Assembly (NCBI GenBank): GCA_963725865.1
Contig: CAVSAC010000014.1
Span: 1,183,816 to 1,247,815 of the forward strand
DNA from: Candidatus Eiseniibacteriota bacterium
GTDB lineage: Bacteria; Eisenbacteria; RBG-16-71-46
Reading direction: 5' to 3'
DNA: 64,000 nucleotides
The notes beneath the pieces were generated by a model that saw only the letters and a program-made list of their open reading frames with translations, made no database searches and was not told the origin of the DNA. This document shows positions 9,779 to 19,591 of this stretch, in pieces (position 1 is the first letter of the stretch; the number at the start of each line of letters is the position of its first letter). Both the position numbers and the translations under genes were made by a program.

Positions 9779-9893
9779 GAGGGTTCCTTTCGGCCAATGA
9801 GTGTACCCCGGGGAGCCGCGAGCCCGTGTGCTATTTTGCCGTTCCGAGTGCCCTGCGCCGCCGGCGCGGGGAGGTCCGCGACCGGAGACCCAC

Positions 9894-11124
9894 GTGCGCA
9901 TCCTGTTCGTCAACGCGTTCCACTGGCTGAAAGGCGGGGTGGAGCGCACGGTCTTCGACGAGACGCGCTGGCTGACCGCGGCCGGCCACTCGGTCGCCCA
10001 CCTCGCGATCCAGGACCCCCGCAACGCGCCCAGCCCGACCGCCGCCTGGTTCGCCCCCGCGGTGGACTTTGGCGAGGGGGCTCCGGTGCTGCCGCAGCTC
10101 GCCCACCTGCCGAGCGCCATCTGGTCGAGCGATGCCGAGCTGTGCATGCGGCACCTGGTGCAGGCCTGGCGGCCCGATCTCGCGCACGTCCACGCCCCGA
10201 GCCGCTACCTGACGCCGTCGGTGCTGCGGCCGCTGGAGTCGCTGCGGGTCCCGGTCGTGATGACGCTTGCACGACTTCAAGCCGTGGTGCACCAACCGCC
10301 AGCTGTTCGCGCTCGGCGCCCCGTGCGAGCGCTGCCACGGCGGCGCGCACTGGCACGCGTTCGCCACCGGGTGCGTGCAGGGCTCGCGCATGAAGAGCGC
10401 GATCGCGGCGATCGAAGCGTACGCGCACGACGCGATCGACGCCTATCGCAACGTGCGGTTGTGGATCGCGCCGTCGCGCTTCGTGGCGGACAAGGCCGCC
10501 TCGCTTGGCGCCGATGCCCGGCACGTGCGCGTGCTGCCGCACGGTCTCGAGCCCCCGCCGACCCTGGGTGATGGAGCGGCCGGCGGCGCCCATGCCGCGC
10601 CCGGCGAGCCGTACGTGCTGGCGTTCGGGCGGCTCTCGCAGGAGAAGGGCGTGCACCTGCTGCCGGCGGTCGCGCGCGCGATCGCGCCCACGCCGCTCGC
10701 GGTGGCGGGCGCGGGGCCGCTCGAGGCGGCGCTGCGCCGCGAGCGACCCGCGAACCTGGCGCTGCTCGGCCGCATGGACGACGGGCAGCTCGCGCCGCTG
10801 CGCGCGCACGCGGCGGCGGTACTGGTGCCGAGCCTGTTCCCCGAGACGTTCGGCTACAGCGTGGCCGAGGCGCTGCTCGACGGGCGGGCGGTGGTGGCGT
10901 CGCGCATCGGCGCGCTGCCGGAGCTGATCGAGCACGAGGCGAGCGGCCTGCTGGTGCCGCCCGGCGACGCCGACGCGCTGATCGCCGCGACGAGGCGCGC
11001 GCTGAGCGATGCCGCCGCGCCACGCTGGGGCGCCGCGGCCCGCGCGCGCACGCTGGCGCTCACCGAGCCTCGGCGTCACGTCGAGGGGCTGCTCGCGATC
11101 TATCGCGAGGCGCTGGCGAGCTGA
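9894..11124 (+). CDS. Glycosyltransferase family 4 (frameshift near 10268)
   Basis: VRILFVN..GGVE, PDLAHVH, TL-HDF..C, GRLSQEKG, ETFGYSVAEA, SRIGALPELI. Confidence 0.85.
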
Positions 11125-11190
11125 GCGGCGGCCGGATCGCCGCCGCCGGCGATGCCCGTGGCGATGCCAGCGGCAGGTGTCCGCGGAACC

Positions 11191-11763
11191 TCAGCGCTGC
11201 GCGCCGAACTCCCACGCCGTGAGCCCCGCCTCCAGCGTCACGCCGAGCCCCAGCACCATGCGGTTCGCGTACGCGAAGTAGCCGGCGATCGCGAGCGCCC
11301 GCACGATCGCCGGGTCGTCGAAGCCGTACTCGCGCACGCGCTCGATGTCGTCGAGCTTGCGCTCGTCGGGCTCGCAGGTCAGCGCCACCACGGCATCGAG
11401 CAGCACGCGGTCGCGCGCGGCCAGGTTGGCCTCGCGGTAGTCGATCGCCACCGCGCGCGCCAGCGCCTCGTCGACGCCGGCCTTGATCAGGCGCAGGCCG
11501 TGATGCGCGACGCAGTACCCGCAACCGTTGGTGGCCGAGACCACCAGCGCGATCAGCTCGGCCTGCGCGCGGGTGAGCGGCGCGGGGTCGTCCATGAGCG
11601 CGCGCAGGTGGACGAAGCCGGCCGCCAGTCCCGGCGGGTCGAGCGCCAGCGCCTGCCAGAGGTTCGACACCTGCCGGTGGCTCGAGCGCTCGGCGATCTC
11701 GGCGTACAGGTCCTTCAGCCCGCCGGCGGCCTCGGCCGGGGGAACGGTGCGGGTCCAGGACAT
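11191..11763 (-). CDS. AhpD/carboxymuconolactone decarboxylase-like peroxidase-related enzyme
   Basis: ELIALVVSATNGCGYCVAHH motif and YFAYANR. Confidence 0.88.
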   Translation of the reverse strand: MSWTRTVPPAEAAGGLKDLYAEIAERSSHRQVSNLWQALALDPPGLAAGFVHLRALMDDPAPLTRAQAELIALVVSATNGCGYCVAHHGLRLIKAGVDEALARAVAIDYREANLAARDRVLLDAVVALTCEPDERKLDDIERVREYGFDDPAIVRALAIAGYFAYANRMVLGLGVTLEAGLTAWEFGAQR

Positions 11764-11881
11764 GCGGGGCTCCTCTCGTGGGCGCGCATGCTAGCACGGG
11801 CGGCCGCGGGCGAGCGGGGGAGGCCACGCCCGCGCTAGAATGCCGCCTCGCACGCGCGGGGCGTGCGACTCTGAGGGCCTC

Positions 11882-12589
11882 ATGCGCATCGCCGACATGA
11901 ACTGGATGCAGGTCGAGCAATATCTCGCGCGCGACGACCGCGCGGTGGTGCCGGTGGGCTCGACCGAGCAGCACGCGTACCTGAGCCTCGCCACCGACGG
12001 CATCCTCGCCGAGCGCGTGGCGGTCGAGGCGGCCGAGCCGCTCGCGGTGCCGGTGTTCCCGTGCATCGCGTACGGCGTGACGCCGCGCTTCAGCGCCTAC
12101 CCCGGCACCATCACGCTGCGCGAGGAGACGCTCGCCGCGGTCGTGCGCGACGTGCTGGCGGCGCTCGCGGGGCAGGGCTTTCGCCGCGTGCTGCTCGTGA
12201 ACGGACACGGTGGCAACGACGTGCTGCACCCGGTCGCGGCGCAGTTCCAGGCGGCGCACCCGGCAATTAGTGTGCGCGTGCACGACTGGTGGAGGGCGCC
12301 GCAGACGTGGGCGAAGGCGGAGGCGATCGATCCGGTCGCCTCGCACGCCTCGTGGATGGAGAACTTCCCGTGGACGCGGGTGGCCGGCGTGGCGCTGCCG
12401 GACGTACCGAAGCCGCCGGTGGACTGGACCGCGATCCGGGACCTGCCACCCGCGACGCTGCGCGTGGAGCTGGGCGACGGCAACTTCGGCGGGCGCTACC
12501 AGCGCTCGGACGACGACGCGTACGCGCTGTGGCGCGCGGCGGTCGACGAGACGCGCGCGCTGCTCGAGCGCGGGTGGGAGGGCGCATGA
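11882..12589 (+). CDS. Creatininase/creatinine amidohydrolase family protein
   Basis: PVGSTEQHAYLSLATD, YPGTITL, VNGHGGN, HASWME. Confidence 0.92.
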   Translation: MRIADMNWMQVEQYLARDDRAVVPVGSTEQHAYLSLATDGILAERVAVEAAEPLAVPVFPCIAYGVTPRFSAYPGTITLREETLAAVVRDVLAALAGQGFRRVLLVNGHGGNDVLHPVAAQFQAAHPAISVRVHDWWRAPQTWAKAEAIDPVASHASWMENFPWTRVAGVALPDVPKPPVDWTAIRDLPPATLRVELGDGNFGGRYQRSDDDAYALWRAAVDETRALLERGWEGA

Positions 12590-13029
12590 GCGGCGCGCGC
12601 GCGCGGGCGCGCTGGATCGGGCTGATCGCCGTGGCGGTGGTGGTCGCGGGGCTCGCGCTGGCGATGCGACAGGCGCGCCGCGCGGATGCGCCGCCGCCCG
12701 CCGCCGCGCCCGATTCCGGTGCCGCGGGCGATGCGATGATCGAGCAGGCGCTGCGCGCGGCGCCGATCGATTCGGCCGTGATCAAGAGCCGCTGGGTCGA
12801 CCAGGTCGCGGGGCTCGAGTACGACGACCTCGATTCCACGAAGCGCGAACTGTTCCTGCGCTTCGCGAACGCGGAGCGCTGCGAGTGCGGATGCGGCTAC
12901 ACGCTGGCGGGCTGCCTCGCCTCCGACATGACCTGCGAGGAGAGTCGCCCGCACGCGCAGGCGCTGCTCGATTCGGTGCGCGCGGGGCTCGTCCGAACGG
13001 CCCGGGGCGTGCGCGAACGCCCCCGTTGA
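12586..13029 (+). CDS. Membrane-anchored Cys-rich hypothetical protein
   Basis: N-terminal TM helix and CECGCGYTLAGC..MTC motif. ATGA-coupled to the creatininase gene. Confidence 0.7.
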   Translation: MSGARARARWIGLIAVAVVVAGLALAMRQARRADAPPPAAAPDSGAAGDAMIEQALRAAPIDSAVIKSRWVDQVAGLEYDDLDSTKRELFLRFANAERCECGCGYTLAGCLASDMTCEESRPHAQALLDSVRAGLVRTARGVRERPR

Positions 13030-13045
13030 GGCGCATCCGGAACGG

Positions 13046-13075
13046 TTGACAGTGCGAGAAGGCGAGGGCTACCTT
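13046..13075 (+). promoter_or_regulatory. Sigma70-type promoter of sod
   Basis: TTGACA-N18-TACCTT upstream of an AGGAGG RBS. Confidence 0.6.
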
Positions 13076-13143
13076 CGCAGTCCTCCCACGCGCCGAGTCA
13101 CGGGGCGGTCCCTCGTCCGCCCTTTCCTTCAGGAGGTACTCCC

Positions 13144-13758
13144 ATGGCATGGAAGAAGCTCGAACCCAAGACCTTCGCATCGATCCGCGAGCTCAAGGGC
13201 ATCAGCCTGCGCACCAACGAAGAGCACTACGAGCTCTACAAGGGCTACGTGGGCAAGGTGAACGAGATCCAGGGCCGCCTCGACGGTGTCGATCGCACCA
13301 CGGCGAACCAGATCTACAGCGACTACCGGGCGCTGCGCGTCGACCTGTCGTTCGCGATCGGTGGGGTGAAGAACCACGAGATCTACTTCGGCCACCTCGG
13401 TGGCGAGGGCGGCCAGCCCAAGGGCCGGCTGCTCGAGATGATTCATCGTGATTTCCCCTCGTACGACGCGTGGCTGCAGGACTTCAAGGCGTGCGGCATC
13501 GCGGCACGCGGCTGGGTCTGGCTCGCCTACGATCACGACTGGCACACGCTGACCACCGTGCTGGGCGACGCGCAGAACACGTTTCCGGTGTGGAACGCGA
13601 CCCCCGTGCTCGCGCTCGACACCTACGAGCACGCGTACTGGATCGACTACGGCCGGGCGCGCGCGAAGTACATCGACGCCTTCTTCAACAACCTCGACTG
13701 GAACGTCGTGGCCGCCAATCTGGACCGGGCGCTCGCCATGCAGGCGATCCAGAAGTAG
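13144..13758 (+). CDS. sod: Fe/Mn superoxide dismutase
   Basis: EHYELYKGY, NHEIYF, GWVWL, LALDTYEHAYW. AGGAGG RBS. Confidence 0.92.
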   Translation: MAWKKLEPKTFASIRELKGISLRTNEEHYELYKGYVGKVNEIQGRLDGVDRTTANQIYSDYRALRVDLSFAIGGVKNHEIYFGHLGGEGGQPKGRLLEMIHRDFPSYDAWLQDFKACGIAARGWVWLAYDHDWHTLTTVLGDAQNTFPVWNATPVLALDTYEHAYWIDYGRARAKYIDAFFNNLDWNVVAANLDRALAMQAIQK

Positions 13759-13840
13759 AGGGACGACGACCACGGGGACGTTCACGCCGTCCCCACGGAG
13801 CCGGGCTCCCGAGGGAGCCCGGACCGTTTTCGGAGGAGAC

Positions 13841-14323
13841 ATGCCCACCAGCCAGATGCCGGTGATCATCGGACGACCGGCGCCCGATTTCGCGCTGCCG
13901 TCCACGACCGGCGAGACCATCACGCTCAAGCAGTACAAGGGCAAGCAGACCGTCGTGCTCTACTTCTATCCCAAAGACGAGACGCCGGGCTGCACCAAGG
14001 AGGCGTGCGGATTCCGCGACCTCGCGGCGGAGTTCGCGAAGCTCAACACCGTCATCCTCGGGGTCTCGAACGACCCGATGGAGTCGCACCTGGCGTTCCG
14101 CGACAAGCACAAGCTGCCGTTCCCGCTGCTCGCGGACGAGGACGCCACGGTCTCGAAGCAGTACGGCGTCTACAAGCAGAAGAACCTCTACGGCAAGAAG
14201 TACATGGGCATCGAGCGCACCACGTTCGTGATCGACCGCACCGGACGCATCGCGCAGATCTATCCGAAGGTGAAGGTCGACGGACACGTGCAGGAACTGC
14301 TGGGATTCCTGGGCGAGGACTGA
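13841..14323 (+). CDS. bcp: Thioredoxin-dependent peroxiredoxin Bcp
   Basis: VLYFYPKDETPGCTKEACGFRD, GIERTTFVID. Confidence 0.95.
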   Translation: MPTSQMPVIIGRPAPDFALPSTTGETITLKQYKGKQTVVLYFYPKDETPGCTKEACGFRDLAAEFAKLNTVILGVSNDPMESHLAFRDKHKLPFPLLADEDATVSKQYGVYKQKNLYGKKYMGIERTTFVIDRTGRIAQIYPKVKVDGHVQELLGFLGED

Positions 14324-14390
14324 GCCCCCGGTGACCCTCGGCGCCCCCCGCGCCGGGTGACCCGCCGCCCGACCCGCGCCCGAGGGCGAT

Positions 14391-15044
14391 GTGGACCCCA
14401 CCCCGAGACAACCGGTACCGGTGTTCCCGCTTCCGGAGCTGGTGCTCTTTCCCGGCGCCGTGGCGCCGCTCCATGTGTTCGAGCTGCGCTATCGCACCAT
14501 GGTCCGTGACGCGCTGTCGGGCGAGCGGCTGCTGGCGCTCGCGGTGCTGAAGCCGGGCTGGGAGCGCGAGTACCACGCCAGCCCCGAATTCCACGCGCTC
14601 GGCTGCCTCGCGCGCTTCGACGAGGTGGAGTGGCTGCCGAACGACTGCTATGACCTCCGTGTGCGCGGCCTGGTCCGCGTGTGCTTCGAGTCGATCGCGC
14701 GCGAGTTCCCGTACCGGACGGCTCGCGTGAGCGTGCTCGCGCAGGCGCCCTACACCGAGGACGATTCCCTCGTCCTCAGCGAGCGCGCCGCGCTGCTGGC
14801 CGCGTGGCGGAGCATCACCGAAGTCCCGCTCGAGCAGTCCCCGTTGCTGCCCGACGCCCCCTGCACCTACGAGTCCCTGGTGAGCGCCGCCTGCATGACG
14901 GTGCCCGCGACGATGACGGAGAAGCTCGCCTGGCTGGCGCTCGACAGCGTGGTCGAGCGCGGCGCTCGCGTGCGCGAATGGATGGCCCGCGCCGGTCGCA
15001 CGAGCGGGACGCCGCCATCCGCCCCGGGCGGCGAGCAGAACTGA
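14391..15044 (+). CDS. Lon protease substrate-binding (LON N-terminal) domain protein
   Basis: VPVFPLPELVLFPG..PLHVFELRYRTMV. Confidence 0.88.
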   Translation: MDPTPRQPVPVFPLPELVLFPGAVAPLHVFELRYRTMVRDALSGERLLALAVLKPGWEREYHASPEFHALGCLARFDEVEWLPNDCYDLRVRGLVRVCFESIAREFPYRTARVSVLAQAPYTEDDSLVLSERAALLAAWRSITEVPLEQSPLLPDAPCTYESLVSAACMTVPATMTEKLAWLALDSVVERGARVREWMARAGRTSGTPPSAPGGEQN

Positions 15045-15067
15045 GGCGTGGCGCGGGGCACGCGAAC

Positions 15068-15094
15068 GGGCCGGTCCGCCAGGGACCGGCCCGC
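15068..15094. terminator. GC-rich hairpin after the LON-domain gene (possible bidirectional terminator)
   Basis: CGGGCCGGTCC-gccag-GGACCGGCCCG, an 11-bp stem with no clear U tract. Confidence 0.45.
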
Positions 15095-15132
15095 CGTCAC
15101 ATCCGGCACGTCCACCTGCACCGGCGGTCGAC

Positions 15133-15282
15133 TCACGTCCGGCAGTCGCTGGCGTGCCCACGGGCGTTGATGCGCTGCTTCACGGACCGGACGTTGGAGT
15201 CCCCCGATCCCACAGCCGCCCAGCCGATCCACAGCGCATCAAGGGCCCGCACGATGGAACGCAGCAGCACAGGCGTGATCAC
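15133..15282 (-). CDS. Possible small protein (49 aa)
   Basis: GTG-started ORF MITPVLLRSIVRALDALWIGWAAVGSGDSNVRSVKQRINARGHASDCRT with mostly GC-ending codons, pointing at the hairpin. No homology recognised. Confidence 0.25.
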   Translation of the reverse strand: MITPVLLRSIVRALDALWIGWAAVGSGDSNVRSVKQRINARGHASDCRT

Positions 15283-15562
15283 GCCACCGTGCTTGCGTCA
15301 TCGCATGGACTGGATACTCCGTGGGGCGGCGTCACGGCACCGCGAGCCGAGCCGGCGCTTGGTACGGTCGCACCGGCGGCGCGGGACCCACCGAGCCGAG
15401 GGGGGGAGGGAAGCCTCGACGTGGGGAGGACGGTAGGCCGAGGCCGTTCTGTATGCAAGCGAAAAGGTCGGTTCTCTGCGACGCTGCACAATCGCCTGAT
15501 ACAAGGCGCATTTCGCCGGCCGCCTGGCGCCCGACGTGAAGCGCGTCTAGACTGCCCGCACC

Positions 15563-16978
15563 ATGCGCTTTCCGGCCGAACCGTTCCGCATCAAGGTGGT
15601 CGAACCGCTGCGGCGTGTCTCACGCGAGGAGCGCGAGCGCCTGATCCGCGAGGCCGGCCTGAACATCTTCGCGGTGCCGGCCGACAGCATCTACGTCGAC
15701 CTGCTCACCGACAGCGGCACCTCGGCCATGAGCGACAACCAGTGGGCCGGGTTGATGCTCGGCGACGAGTCCTACGCGGGCTCGAAGAACTTCTACCACC
15801 TGCGCGACACCGTCCGCGAGATCTTCGGCTACCCGCACGTCATCCCCACCCACCAGGGCCGGGTCGCCGAAAACCTGCTGTTCACCACCGTGCTCAAGGC
15901 CGGCGACGTGGTCCCGAACAACATCCACTTCGACACCACGCGCGCCAACGTCGAGCACCAGGGCGCCGAGGCGCGCGACCTGGTCATCGACGAGGGGCTC
16001 GATCCCACGCTCGAGCACCCGTTCAAGGGCAACCTCGACCCGGAGAAGCTGGACCGCACGCTCGCCGAGCTGGGACCGCGGGTGCCACTGGTGATGATCA
16101 CGGTCACCAACAACTCCGGCGGCGGGCAGCCGGTCTCGATCGCGAACGTGCGCGCCGTGCGCGCCGTGTGCGACCGGCACCGGGTGCCGCTGTTCTTCGA
16201 CGCCTGCCGCTTCGCCGAGAACTGCTGGTTCATCCAGCAGCGCGAGCCCGGCTACGCGAGCAAGTCGATCCGCGATATCGCTCGCGAGCTGTTCTCGTAC
16301 GGGGATGGCTGCACGATGAGCGCGAAGAAGGACGGGCTGGTCAACATCGGCGGGTTCCTCGCGATGAAGAACGCCGAGTGGGCCGAGCGCATCACCAACC
16401 TGCTGATCCTCATCGAGGGCTTCCCGACCTACGGCGGCCTCGCCGGGCGCGACCTCGAAGCCATCGCGCGGGGGCTCCAGGAGGTGCTGAACGAGGACTA
16501 CCTGACGTTCCGCATCACCCAGGTCGGGCATCTCGGCGAGCTGCTGGTGGCGGGCGGTGTACCGATCGTACGGCCGGTGGGCGGGCACGCCGTCTACCTC
16601 GACGCGCGCCGCTTCCTGCCCCACATCCCGCAGTCGCAGTACCCCGGCCAGGCGCTGGTGGTGGCGCTCTATCGCGAGTTCGGCATCCGCGCCGTCGAAG
16701 TGGGCAGCCTGATGTTCGGGCACAAAGACCCCGCGACCGGCGCCGACGTGTGGCCGCAACTCGACCTGGTGCGACTCGCGATCCCGCGCCGCGTGTACAC
16801 CACCGAGCACATGCGCTACGTGGCCGAGAGCGTGGTCTCGCTGTATCGCGAGCGCGACCGCCTGCGCGGCCTGCGCATCGTTCACGAGGCGCCGGTGCTG
16901 CGGCACTTCACCGCGCGACTCGAGGAACTCGAGCCCGCTCCGGCGCTCGCCGGCGGCGCGGCTCGCGCTTCACGCTGA
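15563..16978 (+). CDS. tnaA: Tryptophanase
   Basis: EPFRIKVVE, DLLTDSGT, GDESYAGS, THQGR, HFDTTRA, SAKKD (PLP Lys). The LRHFTARL motif has His, which distinguishes it from tyrosine phenol-lyase. Confidence 0.95.
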   Translation: MRFPAEPFRIKVVEPLRRVSREERERLIREAGLNIFAVPADSIYVDLLTDSGTSAMSDNQWAGLMLGDESYAGSKNFYHLRDTVREIFGYPHVIPTHQGRVAENLLFTTVLKAGDVVPNNIHFDTTRANVEHQGAEARDLVIDEGLDPTLEHPFKGNLDPEKLDRTLAELGPRVPLVMITVTNNSGGGQPVSIANVRAVRAVCDRHRVPLFFDACRFAENCWFIQQREPGYASKSIRDIARELFSYGDGCTMSAKKDGLVNIGGFLAMKNAEWAERITNLLILIEGFPTYGGLAGRDLEAIARGLQEVLNEDYLTFRITQVGHLGELLVAGGVPIVRPVGGHAVYLDARRFLPHIPQSQYPGQALVVALYREFGIRAVEVGSLMFGHKDPATGADVWPQLDLVRLAIPRRVYTTEHMRYVAESVVSLYRERDRLRGLRIVHEAPVLRHFTARLEELEPAPALAGGAARASR

Positions 16979-17027
16979 GCCGGCGGCGCCCCCCGCGGCC
17001 GCCCGCCGCCTCCCGGAGAAGAACGCC

Positions 17028-17747
17028 ATGCCGAAGCTCGATCGCGGATTCCAGCTCACGTGGCTCGGCCACGGCACGTTCCGCCTCACCACGCGCGAGG
17101 GGCGGACCGTTTTGCTCGACCCGTGGGTCGAGGGCAATCCCGCGTGCCCGCAGGGCGCGAAGACCTTCGAGAAGATCGACGTGATGACGATCTCGCACGG
17201 ACACGGCGACCACATGGCGGACGCGGTGACGCTCGCCAAGAAGTTCAAGCCGGTCGTGGTATGCAACTTCGAGATCCACCTGTTCCTCACGCGCAAGGGC
17301 GTGAGCGGCACCTCCCCGATGAACAAGGGCGGCACCCAGACGGCGGCGGGCCTGAAGTTCACGATGGTCCACGCGATCCACTCGAGCGGCATCGAGGACG
17401 GTGGCCAGGTGATCTACGGCGGCGAGCCGTGCGGCTTCGTGATCACGCTCGAGGACGGCACGCGCATCTATCACGCCGGCGACACCGGCGTGCACATGGA
17501 GATGGCGCTGATCGGCGAGATCTACGCGCCCGAGATCGCGATCCTGCCGATCGGGGACCACTACACGATGTCGCCGCGCGAGGCGGCGTACGCCGCGCGG
17601 ATGCTCAAGCCCAGGTGGATCGTGCCCGCTCACCACGGCACGTTCCCGCTGCTCACGGGCACGCCCGAGGCGCTGAAGGCCGAGCTCAAGACGCTCGGCG
17701 TGAGCGCCGACGTGGTGGCGCTGAAGCCGGGCGAGACGTTCTCGTGA
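17028..17747 (+). CDS. Metallo-beta-lactamase-fold metal-dependent hydrolase (UPF0173-like)
   Basis: WLGHGTF, SHGHGDH, AIHSS, IYHAGDT, LPIG, PAHHGTF. Confidence 0.92.
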   Translation: MPKLDRGFQLTWLGHGTFRLTTREGRTVLLDPWVEGNPACPQGAKTFEKIDVMTISHGHGDHMADAVTLAKKFKPVVVCNFEIHLFLTRKGVSGTSPMNKGGTQTAAGLKFTMVHAIHSSGIEDGGQVIYGGEPCGFVITLEDGTRIYHAGDTGVHMEMALIGEIYAPEIAILPIGDHYTMSPREAAYAARMLKPRWIVPAHHGTFPLLTGTPEALKAELKTLGVSADVVALKPGETFS

Positions 17748-18529
17748 GCGGGCGCCCGTTGCCGGCGCGCGTGGGGGGCGCGTTGATCTGCCTGTGGTCC
17801 GCGCTGCTGTCGGTGCAGTTGCAGGTGGCAGGGTGTGCGCATTCGCCCGGAACGGTCGCGATGGCGGATCCCTCGCTCGCGGGCGGGCCGGGATTGGACG
17901 CCTCCGTGCCTCTCGGCAGCGAGCTGCGCGTGCGGCTGCGTGACGGCCACACGGTGGGCGGGGAGTACCGGGGCATCGAGCGCCAGCCGCTCGAGGAATA
18001 CGCGCCGCGCTACGACGCCTGGCGGGCGCGTCACCCGGCGGCGGGCTGGCCGGCGCTCGGCGACACGGTGAGAATCAGCACGGCGTACGGTGGCACGCGG
18101 ACCGGCGCATTCGAGGGCTTCGATTGGGGCGCCATCCGCCTGCGGCAGACCGGCGACGGCGAGCACGTGCGCCTCGAGGACGCGCGCATGCTCGTCACTC
18201 CAGCCGGCGCGGCGTTCTCCGCCGACACGATCGCACGTCTGCGTGACGCCGGGGGGCTCCCGCTCTGCGGCGTGCTGCTGGTGGATGAAGCGTCGTCGGG
18301 ACTCACGGTGGCGCATCGCCAGATTCCGCTCGACGAGGTGGCTTCGCTGGAGGTGAAGCAGGGCGACCAGTGGGTCGCCGCCGTGATCGTGGGGGCACTG
18401 GCGGGCGCCGCGCTCGTGCTCGTCCTGATCGCCTTCGCCCTCCGTGACGCGGAGAGGAACTGCGGGGGCAGTGTCTCGTCGATTCGGAGTTATCCCGCGG
18501 CCGCTTTCGCGCCCAGCCCTCGCCGCTAG
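17744..18529 (+). CDS. Hypothetical lipoprotein with C-terminal TM helix
   Basis: GTG overlaps the previous stop. Lipobox-like VAGC, GAFEGFDWG, IPLDEV, C-terminal hydrophobic helix. Paralog at 18834. Confidence 0.65.
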   Translation: MSGRPLPARVGGALICLWSALLSVQLQVAGCAHSPGTVAMADPSLAGGPGLDASVPLGSELRVRLRDGHTVGGEYRGIERQPLEEYAPRYDAWRARHPAAGWPALGDTVRISTAYGGTRTGAFEGFDWGAIRLRQTGDGEHVRLEDARMLVTPAGAAFSADTIARLRDAGGLPLCGVLLVDEASSGLTVAHRQIPLDEVASLEVKQGDQWVAAVIVGALAGAALVLVLIAFALRDAERNCGGSVSSIRSYPAAAFAPSPRR

Positions 18530-18596
18530 CCCGACCGCACCGCCATCACGTCGTAGCGCGCGCGCACCCGGATCACGATTGATGGGAGGGAACGCC

Positions 18597-18752
18597 ATGC
18601 CGAAACCCGATCGCGGCTTCGAGCTCACGTGGCTCGGCCACGGCACGTTCCCGCTGCTCACGGCCACGCCCGAGGCGCTGAAGCCCGAGCTCAAGACGCT
18701 CGGCCTGAGCGCCGAGGTGGTGGCGCTGAAGGCTGGAGAGTCCTGGGGTTAG
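18597..18752 (+). pseudogene. Internally deleted mini-copy (51 aa) of the hydrolase at 17028..17747
   Basis: MPKPDRGFELTWLGHGTFPLLTATPEALKPELKTLGLSAEVVALKAGESWG equals the N- and C-termini of the upstream gene joined at the 14-bp repeat CCACGGCACGTTCC. RBS retained. Confidence 0.9.
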
Positions 18753-18833
18753 CCGGCCGGGGAACGGCGGCGGCCGCGCCGGGGTAGAACGTCGTGGCCG
18801 TGCGGTCGCCCGCGGCCACAGCGAGGAGGCCCC

Positions 18834-19590
18834 ATGCGCGCCCGACACGCCTACGCGATCCTGTGTCTCTACGGGGCGCTGATCTCGGTCGAGCTTCCGA
18901 TGGCCGGCTGCGCTCATCGCGGCGGCGCGCTCGACATCCAGGACCCGAACGCGGTCCGCAGGTTCCAGCTCGAGAAGATCGCGCTCCGGACCCCGGTGAT
19001 GGTCGAGCTGCACGACGGCAAGGTCGAGCGCGGTAGCTACAACGGACGTCGGCCGGCTGGCACCGGCCGCGTACGCGACGCGCTTCGAGGCGTGGCTCGC
19101 GCGGCGGGGCCCCGCTGCCGGCGCCGGTGCTCGGACGACCGCTGAAAGTACGACTGCTCGAGGGCGGCGTCCGCGAAGGCGTGTTCGAAGGCTTCGACTA
19201 CGGTGCGGTGCGACTCCGCGCCGCGGGATCGGCGGAGACCGAGGTCGTTCCGTTCGACGGCATCGCGACCATCGGCGACACCAGCGCCACCCTCGCCGGA
19301 GCCTTCCTCGATCAGATGCTCACGCGCGGCGAGCTGCCGGTGATCAGCACCGTGCGCCTGACGCACGAGGGCCGGCTGGGCGCCGATCCGAACGAGATCC
19401 CGCTCGACCAGGTCGCGTCGATCCGCGTCCACACGATGAACGGCTGGGTCGCGGCCGCGGTCCTGGTGACGCTCGTGGGCGTGGTGGTCGTGGTGTCGCT
19501 CGATCGTCCGAAGCCGAAGCGCACGGCGCCGGACTGTTCCGGCTACGATCCGGGAATGGATGGCTGCGCACCGTGCCCGCGGGGCGCTGA
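18834..19590 (+). CDS. Hypothetical lipoprotein, paralog of 17744..18529 (several frameshifts; end inferred)
   Basis: GGAGG RBS; MAGC lipobox; VELHDG, GVFEGFDYG, IPLDQV, WVAAAV TM helix, spread across ORFs 18834..19145 and 19127 onward. Confidence 0.55.
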
Positions 19591-19591
19591 G

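Noticed and set aside
15255-15539. TnaC-like leader peptide for tnaA
   Set aside because: No short ORF with the W-x3-D...P-stop spacing, and tnaA has a proximal -10 element.
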